Of a stretch of DNA of 64,000 nt, positions 24,659 to 38,037 are shown piece after piece. The notes under the pieces are model-generated. The model ran no database searches, was not told where the DNA came from, and worked only from the letters and a program-made list of their open reading frames with translations. A program made the position numbers and the translations under genes. Every line of letters begins with the position of its first letter. Position 1 is the stretch's first letter. The stretch is from assembly GCF_036321535.1 (NCBI RefSeq), contig NC_087436.1, positions 15,066,001 through 15,130,000 on the forward strand. Reading direction: 5' to 3'. The DNA is from Camelus dromedarius. Its lineage: Eukaryota.

Positions 24659-25649
24659 AGCATCTGAGAGAAGATAGCCTGGTGGGCCCTGTCCTGGTTA
24701 TGCCTTGGGCAGGGAAGCATTGCAGGCCCACCCCACACCCCGGGTGTGGGACCAGCCAGAGAGGTGGCCGAGGCTGCACTTGGACATGACAAGTCCCACC
24801 TCGAAAGCAGTGTGGAGGGCATAAATAAGTCTTTCAGGCTCTAGAAAGAGATCTAAATATTAGTAGGGGGAAGGAGTTGACATTCAGTCTCTATAGGCTG
24901 CCCGAAGAGGCAAGTGGGGGACCCGGAGGGGACCCATCACAGGCAGGGAGGTGACTGCACCTCCATAGCTTCCCCCAGGCCATGAGTCTTGAAGAGTTTG
25001 GCATTGGAAGTCACCAGATTGGACTGATTAACCTGTATGTGTTTGTTTGACATTGTTGGCTAGGTGGGCAAGCTGGGTCTCAGAATCAGATATTAAAATC
25101 AGTTCCACAAAAAAGCTGTTATCCCAGCCCCCCGTCTTGCAGAGGATGGTCATTTGTGAAATCCCTGCCCTGTGAGACATCCGTTGTGCCCTCACTGTTG
25201 TTGCCAGGTGCTATTCTAAACACTAGACACACATTCATCATCCCATGTGAGAAGTGCCCTTGCACCTCGAAATTCTGCTTCAAAGCGCTTGTCCATTTTA
25301 TCGTCATGCGTGGATCTGTAGGATTATTTTAACATCCACATTTTCAGCTGAACTGAGTTGCCTGAGAATATGAACCATATCAGCTCTCACCTGTCGTTGG
25401 ATCTGATAGCTGCTGGTACAGTTCTTGGCACATTATAGGTCAGGGCAGCGTGAGGGGATGGGAGGAGTGTTCGTGCCAGGAGTCGGTGGTTTGGGCTCAG
25501 TTTCACTCTCCTAGGACTTCTTGTCTCCTTTGGATCTTGGATGTCTTGGAGTACCAGGTATAAACCAAAGAAACTTATCTCAGAAAGAAATACATATACA
25601 CCAAAAGTTTCAGATCCTTTGAAGCCCATCCACCAATCTCAACTTTGAG

Positions 25650-26450
25650 AATCCCCAAGACACACAGTTGTTCGTCCTATTTTTTCAGTTGATATTTTTA
25701 GGGGCGCTTCCCCATGACATAAATTTTTCCCTAAGTTTCACTTCTGAGAGTTACAAAATTCATACTTCTATGAATTTATCATAATTTATTTAACCTTTGT
25801 CCTACTGTTATATTTCCATATTTCTGATGATCTGATTGTGGAATGCTAGGAATTGCATTGTTGGTTGAAAGATTCTTAATACAAAATACCATATAGCTTT
25901 GCAGAAGTGTTGTACACATTAACACTCTAACGCTATACTAGCATTAAGTTGAGCCATTTTAAATATTTTTTAATTTGATAAAAGAGTATTTAGTGGGCAT
26001 TTTAATTATTTTATTGACCTCTAATAAGGCTAAACATTTTATTAGCTAATTGATTGCCTCTTCTGTCAATAATTCACAATAGTGTTCCTATTGTTTTGAG
26101 GTCTTTTTTTCCCCTAATCAAAGTGTTATCAGCTTATTAAGAATATTAATTATTTTACCATATTTGTGAAAGACATTTTTTTTCTCAGTTGTGTTTTAAA
26201 CTTGACATACAGTGCTTTTTTTGACATACTTACTGATGTTTTAGACTTTTAGGAGACACATCTATCTTCTTCAGTAATTTTAAAAATTATCTTTATGTTT
26301 TAAAATCCCTTTCTATGCAAATATATCATCTAATTTGTATTGCTATTTTTTAAATTTGGCTATTTACATCACAAGGAAATTATTTTAGGGTATGTTACAA
26401 GCTGGTTCTGAATGAGTGTTTATTCCACCTAGCAAGTCAGTTTTCCCCAG
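25650..26450 (-). mobile_element. Ancient L1ME-like fragment
   Basis: T-rich antisense L1-like motifs (ttgcagaagtgttgtacacattaacactc; ttgcctcttctgtcaa; cagttttccccagtagtttg). Confidence 0.5.
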
Positions 26451-26469
26451 TAGTTTGCTACATGTTGCA

Positions 26470-26734
26470 TGGATGGCGGTGCCAACATGTACAATTGTTT
26501 AGGTCATGTGACATGAAAGAGCAGCACATCCAAAGAGGTGACCTTCACTTTGAAGACACTGTAGATTTACATTTGTATCATGAGTTTTCTGACAGGTGGC
26601 CATAAAGTGTCCTGTTTGAAAATATTCAGCATATTATGACAATTGTCCAGCAGTTGGAAGTAAGAAGTCTTGAGTGTGGTGTGCCTTTTCTAATTCCCAC
26701 AAGGCATGCTATGGACTAGAAAGTACAGCACTGC
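26470..26734. mobile_element. ORSL/MER91-like hAT-Tip100 element
   Basis: gacactgtagattt...ttttctgacaggtggccataaagtgtc...atattatgacaatt...gccttttctaattcccacaaggc, an internally repeated motif. Confidence 0.55.
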
Positions 26735-26807
26735 CTGGTTGGCCAATGGAATTGATGCTTCCCAAGCTCTCCCTTCACACTTAGAGATTAGCTTCAAGAC
26801 CTGGAAT

Positions 26808-26851
26808 ACACACACAAAGAAACACACACACACACACACATACACACACAC
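26808..26851. repeat. Interrupted (CA)n microsatellite
   Basis: Directly visible. Confidence 0.9.
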
Positions 26852-27847
26852 CCAAAATGCCTTTCCTTCATGAACGTGAAAGCAATAGGCCCTCCCACAT
26901 CAGCCATGTGGCCTCTTTCAAATACTAAAAGCCTAGAGGAGTATTTGATTTTTCTTAATCCCCAGCTATAACCACAGGGCTCTCTTGACTTTTTTTCTCT
27001 CTCTCTCTTCTCATAAATAAGGAAAGGAAGCCGTCTTGTCCCACCAGTTCTAACAACTGGCCTTACAGATGGGATTCCAAGCCCCAAGATGACTAAATGC
27101 TGGGGTGGTGACATGCAGCTGAATTACACAGGAAGTAATCTCCTGCCGCAGCATCCTCTGTATTCGCTAACGAGGCTGAAAATGATTTGTGTCACCTGGT
27201 TACAGCTCCAAGGGCTCGCCTCGGGTCCTTCAAGTGCTCTATTAAAAACTTTTTGATGAACTTGGTCTCAGGGCTAACTTTTGTTTGTGTGTTTCTCCGG
27301 AGTGAATAAATAGAGATTCCACACACTTGTGCCCAGAGAGCTGCCTGGGTAAATCACCAGGAAGCAGTCAGGCTTCGAAATACCAGGAGTGCGAGCATCA
27401 CTCTCTGGGCTGACGTTTCCTGAGAGACTCAAGATTTGTCTGATTCAGAAAAACTCCACTGCACAGGTGCGTGGAGTGAATCTTGCCCATTTATTTCAAG
27501 GCCATTTGAGCTGTCAGGAGTTGGGAAGAAAGTAGCTTTGTTTTTTATGAGGCTGCAGTGTTTTTCACGGTTTGCTGCAGAGAGGAGATTGCACATGTGC
27601 GTATATAGACACACCCTCAATTTGGACCCAAGTCATAATAAATGTATGTGCTATTTACACATGGCTTTAAATCATTTCACTAAGAGAAGCATGCAACCTA
27701 GAAACTGAACTGCTCTTTCTGGTGCTTAAATGGCTATCTCTTTGAAAAAGAGACTAGAAGGTAGGGGAGGAAAGAAGCAGCTTCACTGTAACCAGCACAC
27801 TAATGATGGTAGCTGGTTTTTGCCCTGCTTTTAAGAAAGAGTTCTCC

Positions 27848-28594
27848 TGGGTGTGGAGAAAAGGGAACTCTCCCACGCTGTTTGTGGGAATGTAGTTTGG
27901 TACAGCCACTATGGAGAACACTATAGAGATTCCTTAAAAAACTAAAAAGAGACTTACCAGATGATCCAGCAATCCCACTCCTGAGCATATATCTGGAGAA
28001 CAACTGTAATTCAAAAAGACACCTGCACCCCAATGTTCACACAGCACTATTAACAATAGCCAAAGACATGGAAACAACCTAAACGTCCATCAACAGAGGA
28101 CTGGATAAAAAAAGATGTGGTGTATATATATATACAATAGAATACTACTCAACCATAAGAAAGAATGAAATAATGCCATTTGAAGCAATATAAATGGACC
28201 TAGAGATTATCTTACTAAGTGAAGTAAGTCAGACAGAGAAAGACAAATATTGCATATTATTACTTATATGTGGAATATTTTTTAAAAGATACAAATGAAC
28301 TTATTTACAAAACAGAAACAACTCGCAGACATAGAAAACAAACTTATGGCTAAGAAAGCAGAAAGGGGGTGGGGAGGAGAGATAAATTTGGAGTGTGAGA
28401 TTTGCAGATAAAAAATACTGTATATAAACTAAACAACAAGGTCCTACTGGATAGCACAGGAAACTATATTCAATATCTTGTAATAACCTATAATAAAAAA
28501 GAATATGTATATAAATGTATAATCAAATCACTATGTTGTACACCAGAAACTGACACAGCATTGTAATCAACTATATACTTCAGTAAAAAAAGAG
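27848..28594 (+). mobile_element. L1 3' end (~750 bp: ORF2 C-terminus plus 3'UTR)
   Basis: gggtgtggagaaaagggaac...gatccagcaatcccactcctg...tgtacaccagaaactgacacagcattgtaatcaacta plus A tail. TSD aagaaag(a/t)g(t/c)tctcc at 27833-27847 and 28595-28609, preceded by TTTT. Confidence 0.93.
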
Positions 28595-28677
28595 AAGAAA
28601 GTGCTCTCCCACGCATGATCTTGTTTGATCTTCATAAAACCCCTGTGAAGTAGGAAGAATGGGTATTATTAGGCTGA

Positions 28678-28797
28678 AATATAATATATAGTTACACAAA
28701 ATATGTGTATAATAATATAATTTATATTTTATGTATAATATAAATTATACATAATTATTATAAAATAATACTTATATAAATATTATGTATATATAAA
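28678..28797. repeat. AT-rich low-complexity tract within an antisense MIR remnant
   Basis: Nearly pure A/T, flanked by MIR-like ttgatcttcataaaacccctgtgaagtagg and gaagctgatgctt. Confidence 0.75.
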
Positions 28798-29773
28798 GAA
28801 GCTGATGCTTAACACAAGAAGCTGACCTTCTAAAGTTCATGCAGTCTGCAAGCATTTCAAAAAACCTGGACTGTAGGGACTATAACATCAAGAAGTCCAA
28901 TGGCCTTTCTAATATTCCATGCTACTCCCATAAGCCATTAAGGCTTTCCTATTCACTATAGGAATACTGTACTTTGGACATTTTGGCATAATACTTAATT
29001 TCCTAAGCCTTGTGCGGTTACTGAAAAGTTATGTTCAGTTGTGGATTGGGGCTGGACAGGACTCAACACATTCATCCATGGGACTAGAGTAGCAGTTGGA
29101 CCACTGTACTTATTACTGGGCTCATGGCAGACATCACCAATCAATCACTGCACCCTTTCCCACTGCCTGATGTCTTGGATCAGACAGAAAAAGTAGTTGG
29201 GGTAAGTCCCTGTGTATTCATAAACCACAGCATTCATTAGCCTCAAAACATACTATTTTTAGATTCCTAGGGTGTCAAAAGAGTAATTGCTCACTTTGCT
29301 TCATCTTACCTCTACTTTCTTCAGAAACTGGAATTCTCAAGACAGTGTTCCAAACCATCCCTACCAATTGACAAGAATTGGCATGGGAGATGATCCTGGT
29401 TACCACCACAGCTAAGTGTTCTTAAGTATATTGTTCTTGATTATACTGACTACCTATTTATTGAAATACCGTTTCATTTCTAATCAAGTCATGCCAAGAC
29501 CTAGACACACCCCATATCACTAGATCCAGGGCGCTAACATGTGAAGTCTCTTAAGGCATAAAATCTATGGCTCTGTCCAAGCCTACAACACCCACTATAG
29601 GGTCAGAGTTGAAAGCTGTGCTGAGATTCTGGCTCACTGGTTTGCAAATGAATTTAAGGCAGGACAACTATCTCCCTCCACAGAGACTCTACTGCTGTAG
29701 GGGGAACTTTGAAATGACAAAAGAATGTAACACCTCTCACCATTCTGGTCACTGTGTTTCAAACTAAACTCTT

Positions 29774-30022
29774 CTTTTTTCAAGTTTTATTGAGATATAA
29801 TTGACATGCAGCTCTGTACAAATTTAAGGGGTACAGCATAGTGACTTGGCATATTTATTGCGAATTGATTGCCACAATAAGTTTAATTAACATCCATCAC
29901 CTTATATAGTTACAAAGAAAAAGAATTATTTTCCTTGTGATGAGACCTTTTTGGATCTACCCTCTCAGTAACTTTCAAATATACCACAAACCAGTGTCCG
30001 CTCTCATAATCATGCTGTAGGG
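29774..30022 (-). mobile_element. L1 3' end (L1MA9/L1_Art-like)
   Basis: agttttattgagatataattgacat...taacatccatcacc...ccttgtgatgagacc...aactttcaaatatacc. TSD ctaaac(t/c)ctt at 29764-29773 and 30023-30032. Confidence 0.85.
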
Positions 30023-30222
30023 CTAAACCCTTAACTTCCTCATAGCACGATTGATTTGTCTGAATGTTTATTGTCTGTCTTCACAAAATAAAATATAAGC
30101 TCCTTGAAAGCAGGAAGAACTTGTTTTATTTCCTGCACAAAAACAATACCAGGAATGTGGTCAATCTCCAGTAAATATTTGTAGACAGACCCAGAGCAGA
30201 AAAAAGAAGTATATCCCTTTTT

Positions 30223-30359
30223 GGGGGAGAGGTTATAGTTCAGGGGTAGAGCGCATGCTTAGCACGCACAAGATCCTAGGTTCAATCTCCAGTACCTCCA
30301 TTAAAAAATAAATACAGAAACCTAATTACTCTCTGAAAAAAAGCCAAAAAAAAAAAAAA
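30223..30359 (+). mobile_element. Camelid tRNA-Ala-derived SINE (Vic-1 type)
   Basis: ggagaggttatagttcaggggtagagcgcatgcttagcacgcacaagatcctaggttcaatctccagtacctcca...aaacctaattac plus A tail. Confidence 0.9.
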
Positions 30360-31039
30360 GCCCCTTTGTTTCATGCACGTTGGGATGCAAATCCATTTTT
30401 TAAGCATGAGATTTTAAAGGGAATCCCTAAATCACGTGACATTTGAGATCACACCGTGCATGTCTGGGCTTTTAGAAACATTCTGTTCATCCTTTTTTTT
30501 TCCATTCTTATTCAGTCAGCAAATATCACTGAAACACCTATCATGTGCCCAGACCTCAGGCGGGATTTCTAAGGAAGCCCTCAGCCCATCCAGCAGAGAT
30601 GGACATCCCGAGAGCCGTGGAAGAATGGACCAGCCTCCCCTGGTTCATGCCATGGCTCAGGCTGAGAGACGAGTTTGGGCTGAGTCTTGAGCCCTTATGA
30701 ACAGCCAGCACCAGCACGCACCACCTTTGGGGAAGGGTTTCTAGAACAAGAGCACAATCACTTGCTTTGCTTCATTTTGCTTCCACTTCCTTCTAAAACG
30801 TTTCTGCTCTTACAACTCTCACTGAGGCTCAGAAGTAAGAAGAAGCAACTTTTTAAATCCCTCTCCTTGTCTATCTTGACACCCTACCTACCTGGTAAGT
30901 TCCATAAGGTCTCTACTTTATTTCCACGTACAAGGAGCCATTGCTTAGAGAGAGACCAGCCCTATCCTGTCTAAATCTCTGTTCTCATCCGTATCCTAAT
31001 TTGTCTTTTCATGCCAATGAGACAACCAGGAATGGGACA

Positions 31040-31482
31040 AGATTCTATTTAAGAATGTCCAATGTAGCATTCATTTATAATAGCAAAGCCCAGAAACAGC
31101 ATCAACATCCTTCGATAGGAGAACGGCTAATTAATTATAGTACTTCCATAACAAGGAACTCTAAGTAGGCTTTAAATAAGCATATTTAATGACACAGAGA
31201 AATGTCCCTTATATAACGGTGTATGAATACAAAACAGATGCAAAACAGACCACTTACATAACTGCACACATAAATAGGTGTACAGAGAGACGACTGAAAG
31301 GAGGGAAACCCAAAGGTTAACACAGTTAACTCTCAATGGTGGAACTTTGTGAGTTCTTTTCCCTATTCACACTTTTTCTATTTTCCAAATTTTCTACAAT
31401 AAACACAGTACTTTATATTTTTATGTAATAAAAATAATGTTTTAATAAAAAAGCAATATGTTTTTATATTATAAAAAAAAAA
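31040..31482 (+). mobile_element. Ancient L1M 3' end fragment
   Basis: aagaatgtccaatgtagcattcatttataatagcaaa...ttttccaaattttctacaataaaca. Confidence 0.6.
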
Positions 31483-31549
31483 GACACACCTTGAGAAGGT
31501 GTGTGAACATCAATCAGTTTATGACAGGAAAATAAATACCCCTATAGAA

Positions 31550-31721
31550 CAGCAGTTCTCACACTTGAGTGTGCCTCAGAACCGCCTGGAGGGCCTGTTA
31601 AAACACAGACTGAGGGACGTTTTGATTCAGTAGGTCTTGGGCAGAGCCAGAAATTTGCATTTCTAACAGATTCTTAGATGATGGTGACACTGCTGGACCA
31701 GGACCACTCTGAGAACCACGG
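31550..31721. mobile_element. MER5A hAT-Charlie DNA transposon
   Basis: Terminal inverted repeats cagcagttctca / tgagaaccacgg; internal cctggagggcctgttaaaacacaga...aatttgcatttctaaca. Confidence 0.9.
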
Positions 31722-34700
31722 CTGTATTTCCAGCAAAAAGAGGTTGAATTTTAAGCAGAAAGAGGTATCGCAGGCAGGAAGAGAATGAAGTGTGAGCAAA
31801 ATTGCTGGCTGCGCAAAAGGGAGGGAATTTAGGGGAACGACGCCCCCCTTTCACAGTTTTTAGACTATGCTGTAACAGCCATGCTCCAGAGATAACCACG
31901 GTGGTCCTCAAATCCCAGATCAGGAAATTGCAGGAAACTGCCACGGACTTCATAGCTTCCCCTGGACCTGATGTTGTGGCTGACAGTGGGACATGGGGTC
32001 CACTGCTAAAACTCATACCCGCTGCAGCCCGTATGTCTGCCATACTTCTTCTGGAGGAGGGGGAGCCCCTTTCCTGCCTTCCAAATCTCCCTGGACGGCT
32101 TCTCACCAGGAAGCTAAGGAGGCTGGGATGTATGGTTTCCAGGCTTCACCCCATCCCCGAGATACAGGGAGAGCATAGATGTGATGGGGGTGCTGATGAC
32201 TGCAAATAATATTTAGCAGTGGGGCAGGGAGGGAAGGGAGAAGAAGGGAAGGGGAGGAGGAGGAAGAGAGGGGAAATAGCGGTGGCATGTATCACCACAC
32301 TGAGTGAAGTCAGCAGTTGCGGAATGATCTTCGGCTGTAGCGTTTGCTGGGGGGCGGGGGAGCGAGGAGACGGTTGCACCCAGCTAACAGCACAGAAGGA
32401 ATTCGGCTGTAAGGACAAAAAGGGGCACCGGAATCAGATCCAAACTATGTTAACAGAGAGACCAACAGGACGAGACAAATTCTGTGATTATAAGAGACGT
32501 AACCAAGTTTTGTGATTCCTCCCGCCTCATCTCCATCTTATGCCTTAAGTGCACTCAGTTTTGTGTAAGTAGATTTTTTTTAAAATGCTCCTAAAATCAT
32601 GAGATGTTATATTGATGTAAAGAACAATCGCTTTTCTTTTTCACGCCAAGGGGGCTAAGAATCCTCACCGACACATGGGGAAAGCAGGGAGAGGGGGCAT
32701 TTTCCTGAAAGCCTTCAGAGAGGCCGAGGGAGGTGCAGAGGAGAGGAAGGAGGGAAGGAGTCGCCTGGCTGCCCCCTCGCTTACAGCTGCCTCCGAGGTC
32801 TGCTCTCGCTCGGCTGCACGACCAACCTTGGGCATCCCTATGCTGCAGCAGGGGCAGGGTGGCCTGGCTTGGCAGCTGTACACCTGGGGGCTTTTTCTTC
32901 CTTTTGCAGTGCGGCCCGCTGAAGTGCTGAGTCTCCAAATGATTGAGCAGGAAGCTTCAGGACAGGATACCCAGGGCAGCTTGTGGCCCCAGGGAACTGT
33001 GTTCTGAGAAGCATGGAGGTACTGCCCGACAAATAAAAGGAGATCTGAAAAGAAACAGCAGAGCCTTCCCAAAGAAGCAGGACAAGAAGCTCTCAAAGTC
33101 AAAGGATGGAACATTTCCTGACATTACTGATCAAGGAGGCAGAGGCTTAGAGAGAGGATGGTGGTCGAGTCCTCAGATAAATTCCCGCAGGTGTCTCTCC
33201 ACCTTATCCATATTCTGTTCTCCCTGGCATCAGGGATTCAGTCTGATCCCTTCTTTTGAAGCCAGAGCTGCTGCTAAAACTAAGAATGCACCAGTAATGA
33301 CTGAAGAGGACCGTGAGCAGCAGGGCCCACCACCCGGCATCCTCGGGCCCCTGGCAGCCGTCCGCACCCCTCTGGTGTCACTGAGGCACCCATGCCTCCC
33401 CTTCCGGGTTTCTCCAGGTAGGGCGGCAGCTCCGCCTGCCAGGGACACCTCAGAAGTAGCTCCTTCTCCTCTTCACACTCTGCTTTTCTGCTGCTGATAC
33501 GATTGCTGTGGGGTTTTTGTTTTGTTTTTACTTTACTTGGTTTTGCTTCGTTTCATTTACTGCATGGTCCTTGCTGGCCTCCAGCAGCAGAACAAGGCAC
33601 CTCTCCACCCCTCCCTCTGCTCTTTGCCCCCAAATGCCAACAAAGACCATGTCCGGGCTCTTCCCTCTGCCCAGCGTCAAGGACGCCCTGTCTCAGCTCT
33701 CTCGCTTTCCCCAGCTGGTGGGGCGAGGCAGGCTGACTGCAATGAAACAGGCCAGGTAGAGGCTGGCTAGAGGCTGCCATAAAGGCCATCTTTATTTGAG
33801 TCACTGGGTGGCAGTCTCTTTTCTCAGACTCTGGTCGATGGCTTTTGGGCTCTGGATTGGCCTTTTCTCGCAAGAGTGATGACAAGGGGGACTCAGGTGT
33901 GAACTTTGGGAGGGAAAAGCAAAAGCAAGCTTTTCAGACTATTGTGGCCCGCCACCACAGGCCTCGTGGTCATTCCCCTCTGGAGGACGGGGCTGCAGCC
34001 CAACTGGTACCAGACCAATCACTCGCTCCCCGGGGTCCCCCCAGGGTACTGCAGGTGCCCCAGGCAGTTGAGGAAGGTTAGGGGCTGCCCTCAGGTCACC
34101 AGGTTCTAAAGGAAAGAACCCGTTTCCACAGAACTGGCCATCCTGACCGCTCATTTGAAGCAGCGAGGGGCTTTGGGTGTTATTCTGAAGAAACCCGTGT
34201 CCCTCTGTGCCGGCCCTCAGTGTCCCACCTTGCACACCGTTTCAGTGGCCAGGCTGCGCTCTCTCACATGACCGATGAGACACACATCATGAGCAAAGCA
34301 TTCTGCTCCCTCTTCTCATCTCACAGAAGCAGGTACTTCAGAGCCAGTGGGGACATTTCTGCTCCCAGAGTGCCGGAGTTGCCACCTTTCTCACCCAGGC
34401 ACGTTGGGGCTTCTTCCAAGTCTGGCTTTTTTAGGCAACAGCATTCGTGGCGTGTCTCCCAGATTTGGAAAAGGCTACAGGGTAATATATCATCTGTCTA
34501 GATATTTAAAAGGCATTTTTAAAATGCCAAATGTCTGTTCACCGTGTGATGGGGTGAGCCTCTGCGATCCATTCCCACTTTAACCTTGCGGGGGAGGGCT
34601 CACGCACGGAGAGTGGAAACTTGGTTATTAGGTGCCTGTTTTACAGCAAGAAGATCTGGGCTGATGTGGCGGGCTGATTTACAACCTGTCTCTAGTTTAT

Positions 34701-35419
34701 CTGCATTTAAAAAACTGATCATGGACAGCTAAGGGGACTGCCATTGCAGCAGGGAGACGGGCTCAGAGCAGCAGCTCTGGGGCGGGGGGTGGGGTGGGGA
34801 CTCGAGAGCGGGAAGGATGCTGTCTGCTGAGTGAGGCTCCTACGTCTTGTGCATAGTGCCTAAACTGTTTCCGGGAGGCCATTTTTCCATTCTGGACATC
34901 CTATGTGCTTTGTTACGGGATCCCAACGTTTGGCAAATGATGTCCCAGTTCAAATGTTTGGTATTATTTTACGCTAGGTGAACATGAGCTCTGAGGAGAT
35001 AGATCCACAAGGGTGGCTATGAGTGTGCCATCCTTTGGTCATGGATCTTTTTATTCAGATTCTTAATTCAGAAAGAGGGAGAGCAGCGGTGGGGCGTAGT
35101 AGCCCACCGTGCAGACAACTGCGGGTTGAAAAACAGGCACTCACGATTCATCATCAAAGACCTGGGAATCTCCACGCTTGGCGTGTCCCAGGTGCTCCAG
35201 TTTTAGCCTGGTAACCTTAGTTATATAAGATTTAATAGTTATTTCCTGAAATCCCGTTACATATATAGAACCAAGATACAGAACCATAGATATAGATATA
35301 GGTACATAGATAAAGAACCAAGAGAAATGTCTTTACACAGAGAGAGAACTGAAGTGTGCAAAGAGCGGAGCACAAGGAACAGGACCATGAATTTAATCAG
35401 CTGTGTACTCAATCAACAG

Positions 35420-36860
35420 CCACTGCATGATCAACCATTTATTCCAGAATATTAATTGGGTATCTCTACGAACTAGGCACCATGCCAAGTACTGGGAATC
35501 CGTCAGTGAGTAAGATACTGACCCTCATGGTAAGGAGCTCACAGCACAGTTGGAGAATCCAACAATTACAAGAAGTAACCCAATGATTACAATAAACCAA
35601 GATAAGGGCCAGGCTGGGACGGTGCAGGGAGCTGTGGGAGTGCCATGCCAGGAAGGGGCCCTTAACTCAGTCGGGTGGGGAGAGGAACGGAGGTGTCAGA
35701 GAAAGCGTCCCAGGCCAGGAAATGGGCTGAGTTCCGAAGGGGAGAGGATAGCCAGTCATGGGTAGCAATGGGCATCCATCAGGTCCATGACCCTCTCCCA
35801 CACAAAGAACTAACTAACCAGAAACAGGAGATTAAGTGTCAGACGGAGTAGGTTAGTGTTACTGGGATGCAGAACTCAGCAGACACCATCAGAAACGCTT
35901 CCCCGAGAAGGTGACACAGGCCTTAGAGTACTCTAAAAAGTTTATCCAGGGAGTCAAAGAGGGGAGGGCTCTCTAATACAGGAACAAATTTACAGGAACA
36001 AGAAAGGACAGGGGTGCTTCAGGGTCAGTATGTGGAACATTCGTTCAATAAACTTTTATTGAAAAGTACACAATTCTGAAGGGCAAATTACTGTAAGACA
36101 CACCTCACTCTATAGATCAGGGGTTGCAAACTATCTGTAAAGGGTCATGTGGTAAATATTTTAGGCTTTGTGGGCCATGTGGAACTGGTCCATGAACCAT
36201 GGTTTGCTGATCCTTGCTGGAGAGACTTACACTCTTATTGGGAACACAGGACGGGTATGTAAATAATTACAGTGCAAGATGAAGCTCCCTGGAGTCTTGG
36301 AAGATGGCTAGTAACGGGCACTGGGGTCAGGTTGTAGGGGGTTTTGAATGCCAGGCTCAGCTTTGGGATGTCATCTTGTAAGTAACAAGGCATCATTGGT
36401 GGTTTTGAGCAAGGGATTGTCTCTTGGAAGATTAATCTTGCAACAAGGTGCAGGATAGATTACAGAGTAGAGAGCTTGGAGGCGGGGAAACTTGTAAGAA
36501 CTCTTTAGTGGTCCTCACAGCATCAAGAGAGAAACTCAGATTCTGCACTTGGCGGGAAAATGCAGTGGGAAAGACATTTCACATTGTTCAATAACTGGAT
36601 AAGAGGCCTAAAGGAAATAAAGGAATCAGAGATAACTCTACGGTGGCAAATCCAGGAGGCTAAATGCTGGCTTTGAAGGAACATATGAAAAGTTACAGAA
36701 GGAAAGTGATTTAAAGGGACAGATTTGTTTAGCTTTAATGCCTGTTGAGTTTAAGTTGAAAGGGGGACACTGACATGAAACTGATGGTCTACGTACCAGG
36801 AGGAGAGCTCATAGACGTGGCCAGGATTGCAGGAGTAGATTGCAGGTCATCAATGACAAA
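35420..36860 (-). mobile_element. L2 fragments, with a short MER58-like insert at ~36118-36215
   Basis: aggcaccatgccaagtactgggaat; ttttgaatgccaggct...ggttttgagcaaggga; gttgagtttaagttg. MER58 termini caggggttgcaaact / ggtttgctgatccttg. Confidence 0.65.
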
Positions 36861-36894
36861 TCAACAGCTATAAAGCTTAGGAGAAAGCTAATGG

Positions 36895-37130
36895 TGAGCA
36901 CTGACAGAGAGTGACTATTATGCCAAGTATTGCCTCATACCTTTTACAAATGTTAGCTCCGTTAATCACCCCTACTATGTTTTGAGGTATATATTATTAT
37001 CCTCATGTCACAGATAACAAAACTGAGCCTTAAACAAGTTGAGTGATTTGCCCAAAGTCACGTTGTTACTGAGGTGTTAAACCACAGTTGGTTAGTTGGT
37101 TATATCTGGCACAAAAGACTGTGCTCACAG
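36895..37130 (-). mobile_element. MIR SINE
   Basis: tattattatcctcatgtcacagataacaaaactgagcctt...gagtgatttgcccaaagtcac. Confidence 0.75.
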
Positions 37131-37500
37131 CATCAAAGGCACTGCCCCTTGGTTGGGAAGTCTTCCCCATGCTGACGCTTCTTCTCCACTAGACTATCCC
37201 ACTGAGAGCCCTTATTCACTCTTGGGTTCTCAACGTATATGGGAAAATGCCCTCTTTCTTTTCTTTTCTGAATTAGACCAAAACTCAGACGGGCACTGCT
37301 CACACATTCACCCATCCTCTGAAGGTCCGACTTCCCCTTGGAGGTTCCCTCAGCATTTTCTGCCAGAAAAGGGCCCAGGAACAACGTGAGTGGCATCATC
37401 TCCGTCCCTCGCTTATGGGCTGAGTATCCCACCTCACCTGCTCTGTCAGCAGGTGGCTGCTGGGACACCTTACATACGTTCCTGAATGTCTCAGCTTCCA

Positions 37501-38037
37501 GTGGTGGATGGCAAAAATGGTCACAATTCTTCCCCACTCTACATCTATGCCCCTGCCATGTGACTTTGAAGCTTCTTCCATCAAGAGGTAGAGTCAATTT
37601 CCCCACCTCTGGGATCTGGGCTGGCCTTGTGACTTGCTTTGGCCACAAGAATGAGATGAAAGGGGTATTTTGCCAGTTCGAAGCCTGGGCACCAAGAGGT
37701 CTTGCGTGTACCCACTATACCTTTAGAGACTCCTGTCTCTGCTATTCAAACAGCCTGAGTTAGCCTGCTGGATGGTAAGAAAGCACCCGGACCAGACTTG
37801 CGTAGTCCCGTTGTCCCAGCCAAGTCCTAAGACAGGTGAGACAGCCCGGCCAAGATCAGCAAAGCCGCTGATCAGCAAACCCAACACACAAACACACCAC
37901 TGATCGTGGGTACCCCAGGAACACCACGGAACCCAGACTAAACCAATGATTTGAAGAATCTTGAGCTAAACAAATGGTTATTATTCTTTTTTAAACTCCT
38001 AGGCTTAGGGGTCTCCTAGCAATATCCAGCTGGCATA
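37501..38037 (+). mobile_element. MaLR LTR, MLT1H/F-like
   Basis: ggcaaaaatggtcacaattcttcccc...catcaagaggtagagtc...gggctggccttgtgacttgctttggcca. Confidence 0.8.

Noticed and set aside
31484..31504. 9-bp hairpin acacacctt-gag-aaggtgtgt
   Set aside because: Short and partly dinucleotide repeat, so compatible with chance.
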